A stretch of DNA of 64,000 nucleotides from Eledone cirrhosa (taxonomy: Eukaryota), in assembly GCA_964016885.1 (NCBI GenBank), contig OZ024760.1, positions 30,938,001-31,002,000 on the forward strand, read 5' to 3'. The first letter of the stretch is position 1. Each line of letters opens with the position of its first letter. Under the pieces are notes generated by a model. The model worked only from the letters and a program-made list of their open reading frames with translations. It was not told the origin of the DNA and did no database searches. Below are positions 15,001 to 26,522 of the stretch, one piece after another. The position numbers and the translations under genes are program-made.

Positions 15001-17850
15001 ATGTAATGTAATGTAACGTGTAATGTAATGTAATGTGTAATGTAATGTAATGTAATGTAATGTAATGTAATGTAATGTAATGTAATGTAATGTAATGTAA
15101 TGTAATGTAACGTGTAATGTAATGTAATGTAATGTAATGTAATGTGTAATGTAATGTGTAATGTAATGTAATGTAATGTAATGTAATGTAATGTAATGTA
15201 ATGTAATGTAATGTAATGTAATGTGTAATGTAATGTGTAATGTAATGTAATGTAATGTAATGTAATGTAATGTAATGTAATGTAATGTAATGTAACGTGT
15301 AATGTAATGTAATGTAATGTAATGTAATGTAATGTAATGTAATGTAATGTAACGTGTAATGTAATGTAATGTAATGTAATGTAATGTAATGTAACGCGTA
15401 ATGTAATGTAATGTAATGTAATGTAATGTAATGTAATGTAACGTGTAATGTAATGTAATGTAATGTAATGTAATGTAAGGTAATGTAAGGTAATGTAATG
15501 TAATGTAATGTAATGTAATGTAATGTAATGTAATGTAATGTAATGTAATGTAACGTGTAATGTAATGTAATGTAATGTAATGTAATGTAAAGTAACGTGT
15601 AATGTAATGTAATGTAATGTAATGTAATGTAATGTAATGTAACGTGTAATGTAACGTGTAATGTAATGTAATGTAATGTAATGTAATGTAATGTAATGTA
15701 ATGTAATGTAATGTAATGTAATGTGTAATGTAATGTAATGTAATGTAATGTAATGTGTAATGTAATGTAATGTAATGTAATGTAATGTAATGTGTAATGT
15801 AATGTAATGTAATGTAATGCAATGTGTAATGTAATGTAATGTAATGTAACGTAACGTAACGTAACGTAACGTAACGTAATGTAATGTAATGTAATGTAAT
15901 GTAATGTAATGTAATGTAATGTGTAATGTAATGTAATGTAATGTAATGTAATGTGTAATGTAATGTAATGTAATGTAATGTAATGTAACGTAATGTAATG
16001 TAATGTAAAGTAATGTAATGTAATGTAATGTAATGTAATGTAATGTAATGTAATGTAATGTAATGTGTAATGTAATGTAATGTAATGTAACGTAATGTAA
16101 TGTAATGTAAAGTAATGTAATGTAATGTAATGTAATGTAATGTAATGTAATGTAAAGTAATGTAATGTAATGTAATGTAATGTAATGTAATGTAATGCAA
16201 TGCAATGTAATGTAATGTAATGTAACGTAATGTAATGTAATGTAATGTAAAGTAATGTAATGTAATGTAATGTAATGTAATGTAATGTAATGTAATGTAA
16301 TGTGTAATGTAATGTAATGTAATGTAATGTGTAATGTAATGTAATGTAATGTAATGTAATGTAATGTAATGTGTAATGTAATGTAATGTAATGTAATGTA
16401 ATGTGTAATGTAATGTAATGTAATGTAACATAACGTAATGTAATGTAATGTAATGTAATGTAATGTAATGTAATGTAATGTAATGTGTAATGTAATGTAA
16501 TGTAATGTAATGTGTAATGTAATGTAATGTAATGTAATGTAACGTAATGTAATGTAATGTAAAGTAATGTAATGTAATGTAATGTAATGTAATGTAATGT
16601 AATGTAATGTAATGTGTAATGTAATGTAATATAACGTAATGTAATGTAATGTAATGTAATGTAAAGTAATGTAATGTAATGTAATGTAATGTAATGTAAT
16701 GTAATGTAATGTAAAGTAATGTAATGTAATGTAATGTAATGTAATGTATTGTAATGTAATGTAATGTAACGTAATGTAATGTAATGTAATGTAATGTAAT
16801 GTAATGTAATGTAGTGTAATGTAATGTAATGTAATGTAATGTGTAATGTAATGTAATGTAATGTAATGTAACGTAATGTAATGTAATGTAACGTAACGTA
16901 ATGTAATGTAATGTAATGTAATGTAATGTAATGTAATGTAATGTAATGTAATGTAATGTAAAGTAATGTAATGTAATGTAATGTAATGTAATGTAATGTA
17001 ATGTAATGTAATGTAAAGTAATGTAACGTAACGTAACGTAATGTAAAGTAATGTAATGTAATGTAATGTAATGTAATGTAATGTAAAGTAATGTAATGTA
17101 ATGTAATGTAATGTAATGTAACGTAATGTAATGTAATGTAATGTAATGTAATGTAATGTAATGTAATGTAATGTAACGTAACGTAACGTAATGTAAAGTA
17201 ATGTAATGTAATGTAATGTAATGTAATGTAATGTAATGTAATGTAATGTAATGTGTAATGTAATGTAATGTAATGTAACGTAATGTAATGTAATGTAAAG
17301 TAAAGTAATGTAATGTAATGTAATGTGTAATGTAATGTAATGTAATGTAATGTAACATAATGTAATGTAATGTAAAGTAATGTAATGTAATGTAATGTAA
17401 TGTAATGTAATGTAATGTAATGTAATGTAATATAATGTAATGTAATGCAATGTGTAATGTAATGTAATGTAATGTAATGCAATGTGTAATGTAATGTAAT
17501 TTAATGTGTAATGTAATGTAATGTAATGTAATGTAATGTAATGTAATGTAATGTAATGTATGTAATATAATGTAATGTAATGTGTAATGTAATGTAATGT
17601 AATGTAATGCAATGTGTAATGTAATGTAATTTAATGTGTAATGTAATGTAATGTAACGTGTAATGTAATGTAATGTAATGTAATGTGTAATGTAATGTTA
17701 TGTAATGTAATGTAATGTGTAATGTCATGTAACGTAATGTAATGTAATGTATAGTAATGTGTAATGTAATGTAATGTAATGTAATGTAATATAATGTGTA
17801 ATGTAATGTAATGTAATATAATATGTAATGTAATGTAATGTAATATAATA
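1..17850. repeat. (GTAAT)n / (ATTAC)n pentamer satellite with variant units and kb-scale higher-order duplications
   Basis: Continuous GTAAT with variants (GTAAC, GTCAT, ATAAT, GCAAT, GT insertions). Block ~1-4000 recurs at ~8112-12110 (GTAAGGTAATGAAAT at 36 and 8147; GTGGAAC at 691 and 8802). All HYITL ORFs are artefacts of this repeat. Confidence 0.98.
12142..12301 (-). mobile_element. 5'-truncated tRNA-derived SINE (Meta-domain type) inserted in the satellite
   Basis: Minus strand carries B-box GAGTTCAAATCCC then GCCTTTCATCCTTACGGGGTCGATAAAATAAAGTACCAG (Meta-domain-like). Flanked by direct repeat TGTAATGTAATATAAT (12126-12141 / 12302-12317). Confidence 0.85.
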
Positions 17851-17864
17851 TAAAATAATATAAT

Positions 17865-18042
17865 TGTTTCTACTTTAGGCACAAAGCCAGCAAATACCCA
17901 GTGCATTACTGGTACTTTATTTTATCGACCTCGTAAGGATGAAAGGCAAAGTCAACCTCTCTGGGATTTGAACTCAGATCGTAAAGGAACGTAACTATGC
18001 TGGAAAGCATGGCGTCCGACCCTCTACCGATACTGCCAATCC
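17865..18042 (-). mobile_element. tRNA-derived SINE (Meta-domain type), near full length
   Basis: Same family as 12142-12301 and extends to the TGGATTGGCAGTATCGGTAG head. 15-bp TSD ATAAAATAATATAAT at 17850-17864 and 18043-18057. Confidence 0.88.
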
Positions 18043-18122
18043 ATAAAATAATATAATAAAATGTAATATATATGTCAAACTGTGTGACAAAAAGAGGGTG
18101 TGTAACATTATAACAGACATGT

Positions 18123-18381
18123 AGAGAGAGAGATCAAGAGAGAGAGATCTAGAGAGAGAGAGATCTAGAGAGAGAGATATCTTGAAAGAGAGAGATCTGG
18201 AGAGAGAGATCTAGAGGGAGAGATATATATAAAGAGAGAGATCTAGAGAGAGAGATTTAGAGAGATAGATCTTGAGAGAGAGAGAGATCTAGAGAGACAG
18301 ATCTAGAGAGAGAGATCTAGAGAGAGAGATCTAGAGAGAGAGAGATCTAGAGAGAGAGAGAGATCTAGAGAGAGACATAGA

Positions 18382-18415
<34 letters not shown>

Positions 18416-19995
18416 TATAGATCTAGAGAGAGACAGAGAGAGAGAGAGAGATATCTAGAGAGAGACAGAGATCTAGAGAGAGAGAGAGAGATCTATAGAG
18501 ACAGAGAGAGAAATCTAGAGAGAGAGATATCTAGAGGGAGAGAGATCTAGAGAGAGAGAGTTCTAGCGGGAGAGAGATCTAGATTGAGAGAGAGATCTAG
18601 AGAGATAGAGTTCTAGAGAGGGAGATCTAGAGAGAGAGATTTAGAGAGTGCGATTTAGAGAGAGAGATCTAGAGAGAGAGAGAGATCTAGAGAGAGAGAG
18701 ATCTAGAGAGAGAGAGAGATCTAGAGAGAGATATCTAGAGAGAGACAGAGATCTAGAGAAATCTATAGAGAGAGAGCGAGATAGAGATCTAGAAAGAGAG
18801 AGATTCTAGAGGGAGAGAGATCTAGAGTGAGAGAGAGTTCTAGAGAGAGATCTAGAAAGAGAGATCTAGAGAGAGTGAGATCTAGAGAGAGAGACCTAGA
18901 GAGAGAGAGATCTAGAGAGTGAGATCTAGAGGGAGAGAGAGAGAGAGATCTAGAGGGAGAGAGAGATCTACAGAGAGAGAGAGAGAGAGAGAGGGATCTA
19001 GAGATCTAGAGAGAGAGAGAGAGAGAGAGAAATGATCTAAAGAGAGAGAGATATCTAGAGAGAGAGAGAGAGTGATCTAGAGAGAGATCTAGAGAGAGAT
19101 CTAGAGAGAGAGAGAGAGATCTAGAGAGATATCTAGAGAGAGAGAGAGATCTAGAGAGAGAGAGATCTAGAGAGTGAGATCTAGAGAGAGAGAAATCTAG
19201 AGAGTGGGAGAGATCTAGAGAGAGAGATCTAGAGGGAGAGAGATCTAGAGAGAGAGAGAGAGATCTGGAGAGAGAGATCTAGAGGGAGAGAGAGATCTAC
19301 TGAGAGAGAGAGAGATCTAGAGAGAGAGAGATCTAGAGAGAGAGAGAGAGCTAGAGAGAGCGAGAGCTAAAGAGAGAGAGAGCTAGAGAGAGCGAGAGCT
19401 AGAGAGAGAGAGAGATCTAGAGACTGAGAGCTGTAGAGAGGGGGAGATATCTAGAAAGAGGGAGATATCTAGAGAAAGAGATCTAGAGACAGAGAGAGAG
19501 ATCTAGAGAGGGAGAGATCTAGAGAGAGAGAGAGAGATCTAGAGAGAGAGAGATCTAGAGAGAGAGAGAGAGATCTAGAGAGAGAGAGAGAGATAGAGAG
19601 AGGGGGAGATCTAGAGAGAGAGAGATCTAGAGAGAGAGAGATCTAGAGAGAGAGAGAGAGATCTAGAGAGAGAGAGAGTTCTAGAGAGAGAGCGATCTAG
19701 AGAGAGGGAGAGATCTAGAAAGAGAGAGAGTGATCTAGAGAGGGAGAGAGAGATCTAGAGAGATAGAGATCTAGAGAGAGAAAGATCTAGAGAGGGAGAG
19801 AGATCTAGAGAGAGAGATCTAGAGAGAGGGAGATCTAGAGAGAGAGAGAGATCTAGAGAGAGGAAGAGATCTAGAGAAAGAGAGTTCTAGAGAAAGAGAG
19901 ATCTAGAGAGAGGGAGATCTAGAGAGAGAGAGTGATATCTAGAGAGTGAGAGAGAGAGATCTACAGAGAGACAGATCTAGAGAGAGAGAGAGATC

Positions 19996-20030
<35 letters not shown>

Positions 20031-20155
20031 AGAGAGAGAGAGAGAGAGAGATCTAGAGAGATCTAGAAAGAGATCTAGAGAGAGAGATCTAGAGAGAGAG
20101 ATAGAGATCTAGAGAGAGAGATCTAGAGAGATCTAGAGAGAGAGATCTAGAGAGA
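18123..20155. repeat. (GA)n tracts punctuated by TCTA: [GAGAGAGATCTA]n satellite
   Basis: About 2 kb of variable-length GA runs separated by AGATCTAGA (overlapping BglII/XbaI palindromes). Confidence 0.97.
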
Positions 20156-20184
20156 AAAATTGAAAGTAAAATGGTTTAATTTAC

Positions 20185-20385
20185 CTTTTGATATTGACTT
20201 TTGTGGCCCGTCATGGGAAGGTCCGGTGAGCTTTATATGTAGAGGTACATGTGGTCGGGATATCGACTGCTCCAATGGGCTACTAGATTTTGACATCTTT
20301 CTCTCTCCGACATCTGACTCACATGATGAAGCTATATCCTCATCGGAACATTGACACAAGTCCATCACTTCTGCTGGACAGGGCC
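20185..20385 (-). CDS. Internal coding exon (201 nt, phase 1-1) of an uncharacterised gene; paralogous to exon 30659-30937
   Basis: Minus strand atttcag|GGCCCTGT...AAAG|gtaaat. Open frame GPCPAEVMDLCQCSDEDIASSCESDVGERKMSKSSSPLEQSISRPHVPLHIKLTGPSHDGPQKSISKG. Shares SRP..PLHIxL..PxH..P..KxI..G with the 30.8-kb exon. Confidence 0.7.
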
Positions 20386-20606
20386 CTGAAATATCACGTT
20401 AAGAAGTCCCAAAAATATTATAACTGGTCACCAACCCTTTTTTTTTCCCTGAATAAATCAGAATTAATTCAGAAAAGGTCAAGTTGAAGGAATTATTCCA
20501 CATTTGCTCAAAATATGGTCTGGTTCTCCATCTTATGTGGACTTACACAGACACACACTCTCTATATATATATGTGTGTGTGTATAACAATATATATATA
20601 TATATA

Positions 20607-20938
20607 TCATCATCATCATCAATTTTACATCCTCTTTTCCTTGCTTGCAAGGGTGGGATAGGAACTGATTCTGGCTTGATTTCTACAGCTGGATGCCCTT
20701 CCTAACACCAACCTCATTTACAGTGTGCAGGGTGCTTTTTTTTTTTTTGCCGTGGCACCTCTACGGCCACTTTGCAGTGGAATGATATGGACCTCAGTCC
20801 CTATCATCTCATTTCTACAGCTGAGTAAACTGGAGCAATGTGAAATAAAGTGTCTTGCTCAAGGAAACAACACATCACCCGGTCTGAGAATTGAACTCAC
20901 AACCTTTCGATTGCAAGGCCAATGCTCTAACCACTAAG
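20607..20938 (-). mobile_element. tRNA-derived CORE-type SINE with RTE-like (GAT)n tail
   Basis: Minus strand has A-box TAGTGGTTAGAGC, B-box GAGTTCAATTC and CORE-like CCTTGAGCAAGACACTTTA...CTCAGCTGTAGAAATG, and ends in (GAT)n. A close copy lies at 41353-41700. Confidence 0.8.
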
Positions 20939-21052
20939 TGTGTGTGTATAACAATATATATATAATATATAATGAACGAAGTGTGGTAAGGAACCAGGTG
21001 GACCATAACACACCAGAGTACTCAATACTTTGGGTAGTAGAGTGGGTAATAA

Positions 21053-21166
21053 GAAAATGTTCAAGAACCCGACGGATGAGCTCAAACTATTTTGATGGCT
21101 ATTTCTGGACTCAGAAGTAGCCGTTGAAACGGCTTGAGCTCTGCCGTCGGGGTCTTGAACATTTTC
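21053..21166. repeat. ~114-bp imperfect palindrome (hairpin)
   Basis: GAAAATGTTCAAGAACCCGACGG...TTTCTG-GACT-CAGAAG...CCGTCGGGGTCTTGAACATTTTC. One arm recurs at ~47888-47935 and inverted at ~48724-48766. Confidence 0.85.
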
Positions 21167-21394
21167 CTATATATATATATATGTATTAAAAGATCGGAGG
21201 CCATAATCAGTTGAATCAGGTTTATTGAAAACTCAGACAAACACACACACACAGACATACACACATACATGCATTTATACACATGTGTATATATATATAT
21301 ATGAATCTATGCCCACATGTACACGCACAGCTGCAAACATATAGAACCATATATATATACACATAGCATCATGAATTCATGCATACATCTACAC

Positions 21395-21585
21395 ATCACA
21401 TGTATATATAGATTTATACACACATGTATATATAGATTTATACACACATGTATATGTAGATTTGTACACACATGTATATAGATTTATACATACATGTGTA
21501 TAGATTTATACACGTATATAGATTTATACACATGTATATATAGATTTATACATATATGTATATATAGATTTATACATACATGTAC
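21395..21585. repeat. ~20-24-bp minisatellite (CACATGTATATATAGATTTATA)n
   Basis: About 8 degenerate tandem units visible. Confidence 0.85.
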
Positions 21586-21674
21586 TCAGTCCAAGCAATG
21601 CCAGCATGGGAGCTGAACATGAAATAGTGGTGATGGTGATGATGATGATGTACATACATATATAAAGAGTGAGA

Positions 21675-22040
21675 AAATGAGAAGGAGAGACAGAGAGAGG
21701 GGGGTAGAGAGGGAGAGAGAGGGGTAGAGAGGAAGAGACAGAGAGAGGGGGTAGAGATGGAGAGACAGAGAGAGGGGGGTAGAGAGGGAGAGATACAGAG
21801 AGGGAGAGAGACAGAGAGAGATAGAGAGGGAGAGACAGAGAGAGAGAGGTAGAGAGGAAGAGAGACAGGGAGCAGGAGAGGTAAAGAGGATGAGAGAACA
21901 TAGAGAGAGAGGGTGGATGAGAGACAGAGAGAGAGAAAGAGGTAGAGAGGATGAGAGACAGAGACAGAGAGAGAGGGAGAGAGGAAGAGAGACAGAGAGA
22001 GGGAGAGGGAACAGAGAGGAAGAGAGACAGAGAGAAAGAA
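21675..22040. repeat. GA-rich low-complexity tract
   Basis: GAGAGA/GAGACA/GGGGTAGAGA repeats. The overlapping Leu/Ser ORFs are artefacts. Confidence 0.9.
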
Positions 22041-22541
22041 ATTTAGAGATTAAATGAGAAAAGTAACAATGGTATAATTTTGAACACAAAATCATGTTCC
22101 ATATTGTGTTCTATTTTAGAACACTTCTCTTCAACTCACACTCCATTAGAACTTTCAGTCTTTTCTCATCCCCTTAATGACATCTACTCCATTAACTCTG
22201 GGAAGGAGAAAGGGGTGGATTAGAATTAGATATGTTTTGCCCATGGATTGTTCTGGAATGGATTTGAATCGCTAAGCCTTAACTGAGAAACAGAGATCCA
22301 GACACAATCTTTCATTCAGATTCTACAGCAGGAACAGACAACTCGTAGACTCCTGGTTGATGTCAATTTTGTGAGTTGCTAAAGTTCTGCTGTGGTAGTC
22401 ATCTATATCTAGTAGATTAATTTGGCTTTTCCTATGACTAGAAGCGTGTATGTATGTGTGTATGTGTGTCTGTGTGTGTTTTGCTTTTTGTGTTTGCAAA
22501 TGACGTTTCTTTGTATTACGTAACAAATAAATGGAGATAGA

Positions 22542-24317
22542 TATATTTCTTTATGAGCCACAAGGGCGCACAAGAAAAGGGGACAATACAAAGACATGCC
22601 GGGGATTTTACATAGTCATGTAAAAAATATAAAAACAAACAATTACAACAATCGAAATCCCCAATAGGGGGGAGGCACCACAAATAGGTTGTTTAATACC
22701 CCGTAGATAGAACAACCCTCAACTCCAGGAGCATGTTGTGCAAGTGCTCCTTTCTTCCTTTTGCTCTCTTCTTCAACCTACAGGCTTATAAACAGAGAAG
22801 GCCCAATCACTCGGGCCATTTTTGCTTCATTCACCCACCTTTCAGTAAATTTACTGGGGTGCAGTGCCTCTCTCTCTCCACTCTGATTCTCCTTCTAAAG
22901 TGATACTTAAAGAAGGGAATGAGTTGTTGTCCGGAGAGAAAGGCATCTGTCCTCAGTCCTCTCAATCTCATCCACCGTATAACCTCTTTCACCATAGCCA
23001 CCGTACAGAGGAAAACCGCCTCTCTTTCGTTTTTGAAAGAGGCTGGCGGTTTGATCCTTACTATGGACTCGGCAGTCAACTAGATTTGTCCCATACGTGA
23101 CAGCAGTTGTTCTGCATAGTTCTACAGGTCGGTTACGCCCGGGCAGTGTACAATTGCGTGCAGGACTGTTTCAATGTCCTGCTCGCATCTTGGACACGTC
23201 CTCTTGGAAGGATCCCTGCCGGAGCGTCCATGCCTGTAGATCTTGTCACGAACCGGTAGAGCTCCTCGGTAGCACTGCCAGGCCAGGGACCTCTGGAAGT
23301 TGTCCATAGGTCCTGGGCGGAAAGTCCTACAAAACAGACTGGTGAGCTCATCATCTTCAAGGCCCAGAGTCTGTCCGAGCACGTCGTCACCCTTGTAACG
23401 TAAAATCCCTCTATAGAATGTCGAAGTGGAGTCTCCACTGATTGCTGTGCCCACTTGCCAGAGGACTGTAAGCCAGGCGCCCATCGTTTTCGGTCTTTTC
23501 TTGACCCAGGACTGCAGCTCCGTCAGCGAGATGAGCTGTAGGAAAGCCTGTCTCACAAACGGTGCCCACACCGGTTGGGGAGCGGTAAGGAATACCTGGA
23601 GATGCCGCAGCCTCAGCGCATGTTTGCGCATCATCAACCATGGCATTCCCAGCCCTCCGTTGGAAGGGTGCTGACAGCAGATGAGTCTCCTCACCAGCGG
23701 AACCTGCTTCTTCCACAGAAACTGGAAGAGCATGCATTCCATCTTGGTGAGGTGTTCACGGGGACAAGGCATGACAGTCAAGCGGTAGTAGATGAAGGAC
23801 GCTATGAAAGTGTTCGCCACCTCCGCTTGACCTTTCAAGGACAGTTTGCACTCTGCCCACTTCTGCGTGAGTGCAAACACCTTGGCCGTGACCTCGTTCC
23901 AGTTTTTCTCCACCTGGAGGTCTGGACCGAACCAGACCCCGATCAATTTCACCGGTCCGTCCATCCAGCGTCCAATGACGCTGTCAGACGTCATCGGTTT
24001 ACCTCTCCACGTACCGAGTTGCAAACCGACAGACTTGTCCGGGTTTAGTTTTGCTCCCGTCAGCGTTTCGTATTCTTTCAGTAAGTTGCCGATCATCCCA
24101 ATTTCCGATGTGCTTGACACCATTACCGTGACATCGTCGGCATAAGCCGATGCCGCTTTGTGCAATCCCGGTTCTAGAAGGATGCCCTGCAACAGCTCCA
24201 ATTTCCGCAGTAGTGGCTCTAGAGTCAATACATACAGAATGGAGGAGAGAGGGCACCCCTGTCGAATGGAACGCGTGATTGCGAACGGCTCCGATAGGTA
24301 GCCATTCACCTTGACCC
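22542..24317 (-). mobile_element. 5'-truncated L1/Tx1-clade LINE (C-terminal RT, zf-RVT-like domain, 3' UTR)
   Basis: Encodes RVKVNGYLSEPFAITRSIRQGCPLS, YADD and CPRC..ETVLHAIVHC, with a premature TAG at 23122-23124. 3' end reads CATAAAGAAATAT then ATCT. TSD TAAATGGAGATAGA at 22528-22541 and 24318-24331. Confidence 0.93.
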
Positions 24318-24360
24318 TAAATGGAGATAGACAGACAGATAAATGGATAGATAGATAGAT

Positions 24361-24946
24361 ATATTTCTTTATTAGCCACAGGGGCACAAAAGAAGGGGAC
24401 AAATACAAAGGGGGAATAAAAACGTGTAAAATGTTATCACAAATGGGGAATAAAAACGTGTAAAATGTTATCACAAATGGAATTTAAAAAGTTAGTCGAT
24501 TTTCCCCAATAGAGGGAGACAGTTTATATGGGTAACACATACCCCCGAAAAAAAATGTGCAACCCTCATCTCCAGGAGTACGAAGAGTTTGTACTCCTTT
24601 CCTCTCCTCCTCCTTTTCCTCAACCTACAGGCTGATATAGAGAGAAGGCCCATTCACTCAGGCCATTCTCGCCACTTTCACCCACCTTTCATAAAACTTG
24701 CTGGGGTACAGCACCTCTCTCTCCATCCTGATTCTTCTTCCAAAGTGGTATTTGAAAAAAAGAATCAGTTGTTGGCCGGAGAGAAAGGTGTCTGACCTCA
24801 GCCCTTTCAACCTTGTCCACCATACAACCTCTTTCGCCATAGCTATCACACAAAGGAAAACCGCCTCTCCTTCATTTTTGAAGGAGGGTGGCGGTTTGAT
24901 CATGACAATGGACTCGGTGGTCAACTGGATTGGTCCCACCCGCGAC
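24361..24946 (-). mobile_element. Short 5'-truncated copy of a related L1/Tx1 LINE subfamily (ORF2 C-terminus + 3' UTR)
   Basis: ORF 24658-24948 is clearly homologous to 22831-23079 (IKPP.SFKNE.EAVFLC..AM.KEV). 3' end AATAAAGAAAT. Flanked by AATGGATAGATAGATAGAT at 24342-24360 and 24947-24965. Confidence 0.9.
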
Positions 24947-24950
24947 AATG

Positions 24951-25009
<59 letters not shown>

Positions 25010-25395
25010 TAGATAGCTGGGTGGATGGATGGATAGAAAGAGGGGGAGGGGCGAGACAGATAGATAGACAGATGGATATTATTGGTAGATATATTGGTAG
25101 ATGGATGGATGAACAGACAGTTAGATAGCTAGATAGATAGGTAGATAGATGGATAGAGAGTTAGATAGATAGATAGATTTCTTTATTTGCCACAAGGGCG
25201 CACAAGAAAAGGGGACAATACAAAGATATGTTTCTTTATTAGCCACAGGGGCACAAAAGAAGGGGACAAATACAAAGGGGGAAGTTTACATACAATACAA
25301 AGATAGATAGATAGACAGACAGCTAGATAGATAGATAGATAGACAGTTAGATAGATAGATGGATAGATAGATAGACAGCTAGATAGATAGATGAA
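24947..25395. repeat. (GATA)n / (GACA)n microsatellite containing two extra LINE 3'-end stubs (~25178-25225 and ~25231-25300, minus strand)
   Basis: Perfect (GATA)n at 24951-25009. The stubs match the 3' termini of the 22542 and 24361 elements respectively. Confidence 0.88.
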
Positions 25396-25549
25396 GTAGG
25401 AGACGGATGAACAAATAGTCACTAGAGGTTTGTCTTTTATCCAGATGTATAACCACTTTCAGTCCATTATCATTGCACATGCATTACTGGACATCAAGAC
25501 ATTTACATTCTTTTAAATATATATTATAAATACATACACAAACACAGAG

Positions 25550-25554
<5 letters not shown>

Positions 25555-25623
<69 letters not shown>

Positions 25624-25691
25624 GTATATATTGTAAATACATACACACATATATATACTCACACACACACATATATATATATATATATACT

Positions 25692-25731
<40 letters not shown>

Positions 25732-26264
25732 CTCACACATACACATATATATATATATATATTGTAAATACATATACACACGCACATATATATATATACT
25801 CACACACACACACATATATCATCATCATCAGTTTTACGTCCATTTTCCACCCTAACATGGGTTAGGCACACACACATATATATACATACACATATACATA
25901 CACACACACACACACACATATATATATAATTACTTATACATACAAACATGCACACACACAGAAATTAAGAAAAATAAGCACGGAGGACATTGAAAAGAAG
26001 CAAAAGAGACACTAACATCAGAATTCCCATTATCAGCTCTTGCCTGGAAGTCCTGGTCATTTCAGCACTTAAAAGACGTTACCAATAGCTATAAATAAAT
26101 AGCTAGTGGGGAATGAAGACCAAACAACAACAAAACTCAACTATTCATGCTTCTGTATTACACTCATGCAAAACTATCCAGTGTCTAGTCAAATGAAACA
26201 GTTTATTTTATCTTAATTAATTTCTGTATATGTGTATATGTGTGTGTATAAATATATATATAAG

Positions 26265-26327
<63 letters not shown>

Positions 26328-26490
26328 ATATGTTTGTATATATATACATATATATTTATATAAAATGTGTATATGTGTTTGTATGTATGTATATGTAAGT
26401 GTTTATGTGTGTGTGTATGTGTGTGTGTGTGTGTATATATATATATAATGTGCGTGAATGTGTGTTTGTATGTATGTAAATGTGTGTATA

Positions 26491-26522
<32 letters not shown>

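Noticed and set aside
261-17906. Very long HYITL-repeat ORFs (up to 1314 aa)
   Set aside because: (ATTAC)n has no stop in any minus-strand frame. Overlapping ORFs in all three frames show an artefact.
12126-18057. GTAAT satellite seeded by the SINE tail
   Set aside because: Both SINEs have TSDs made of satellite-like sequence, so they inserted into a pre-existing array.
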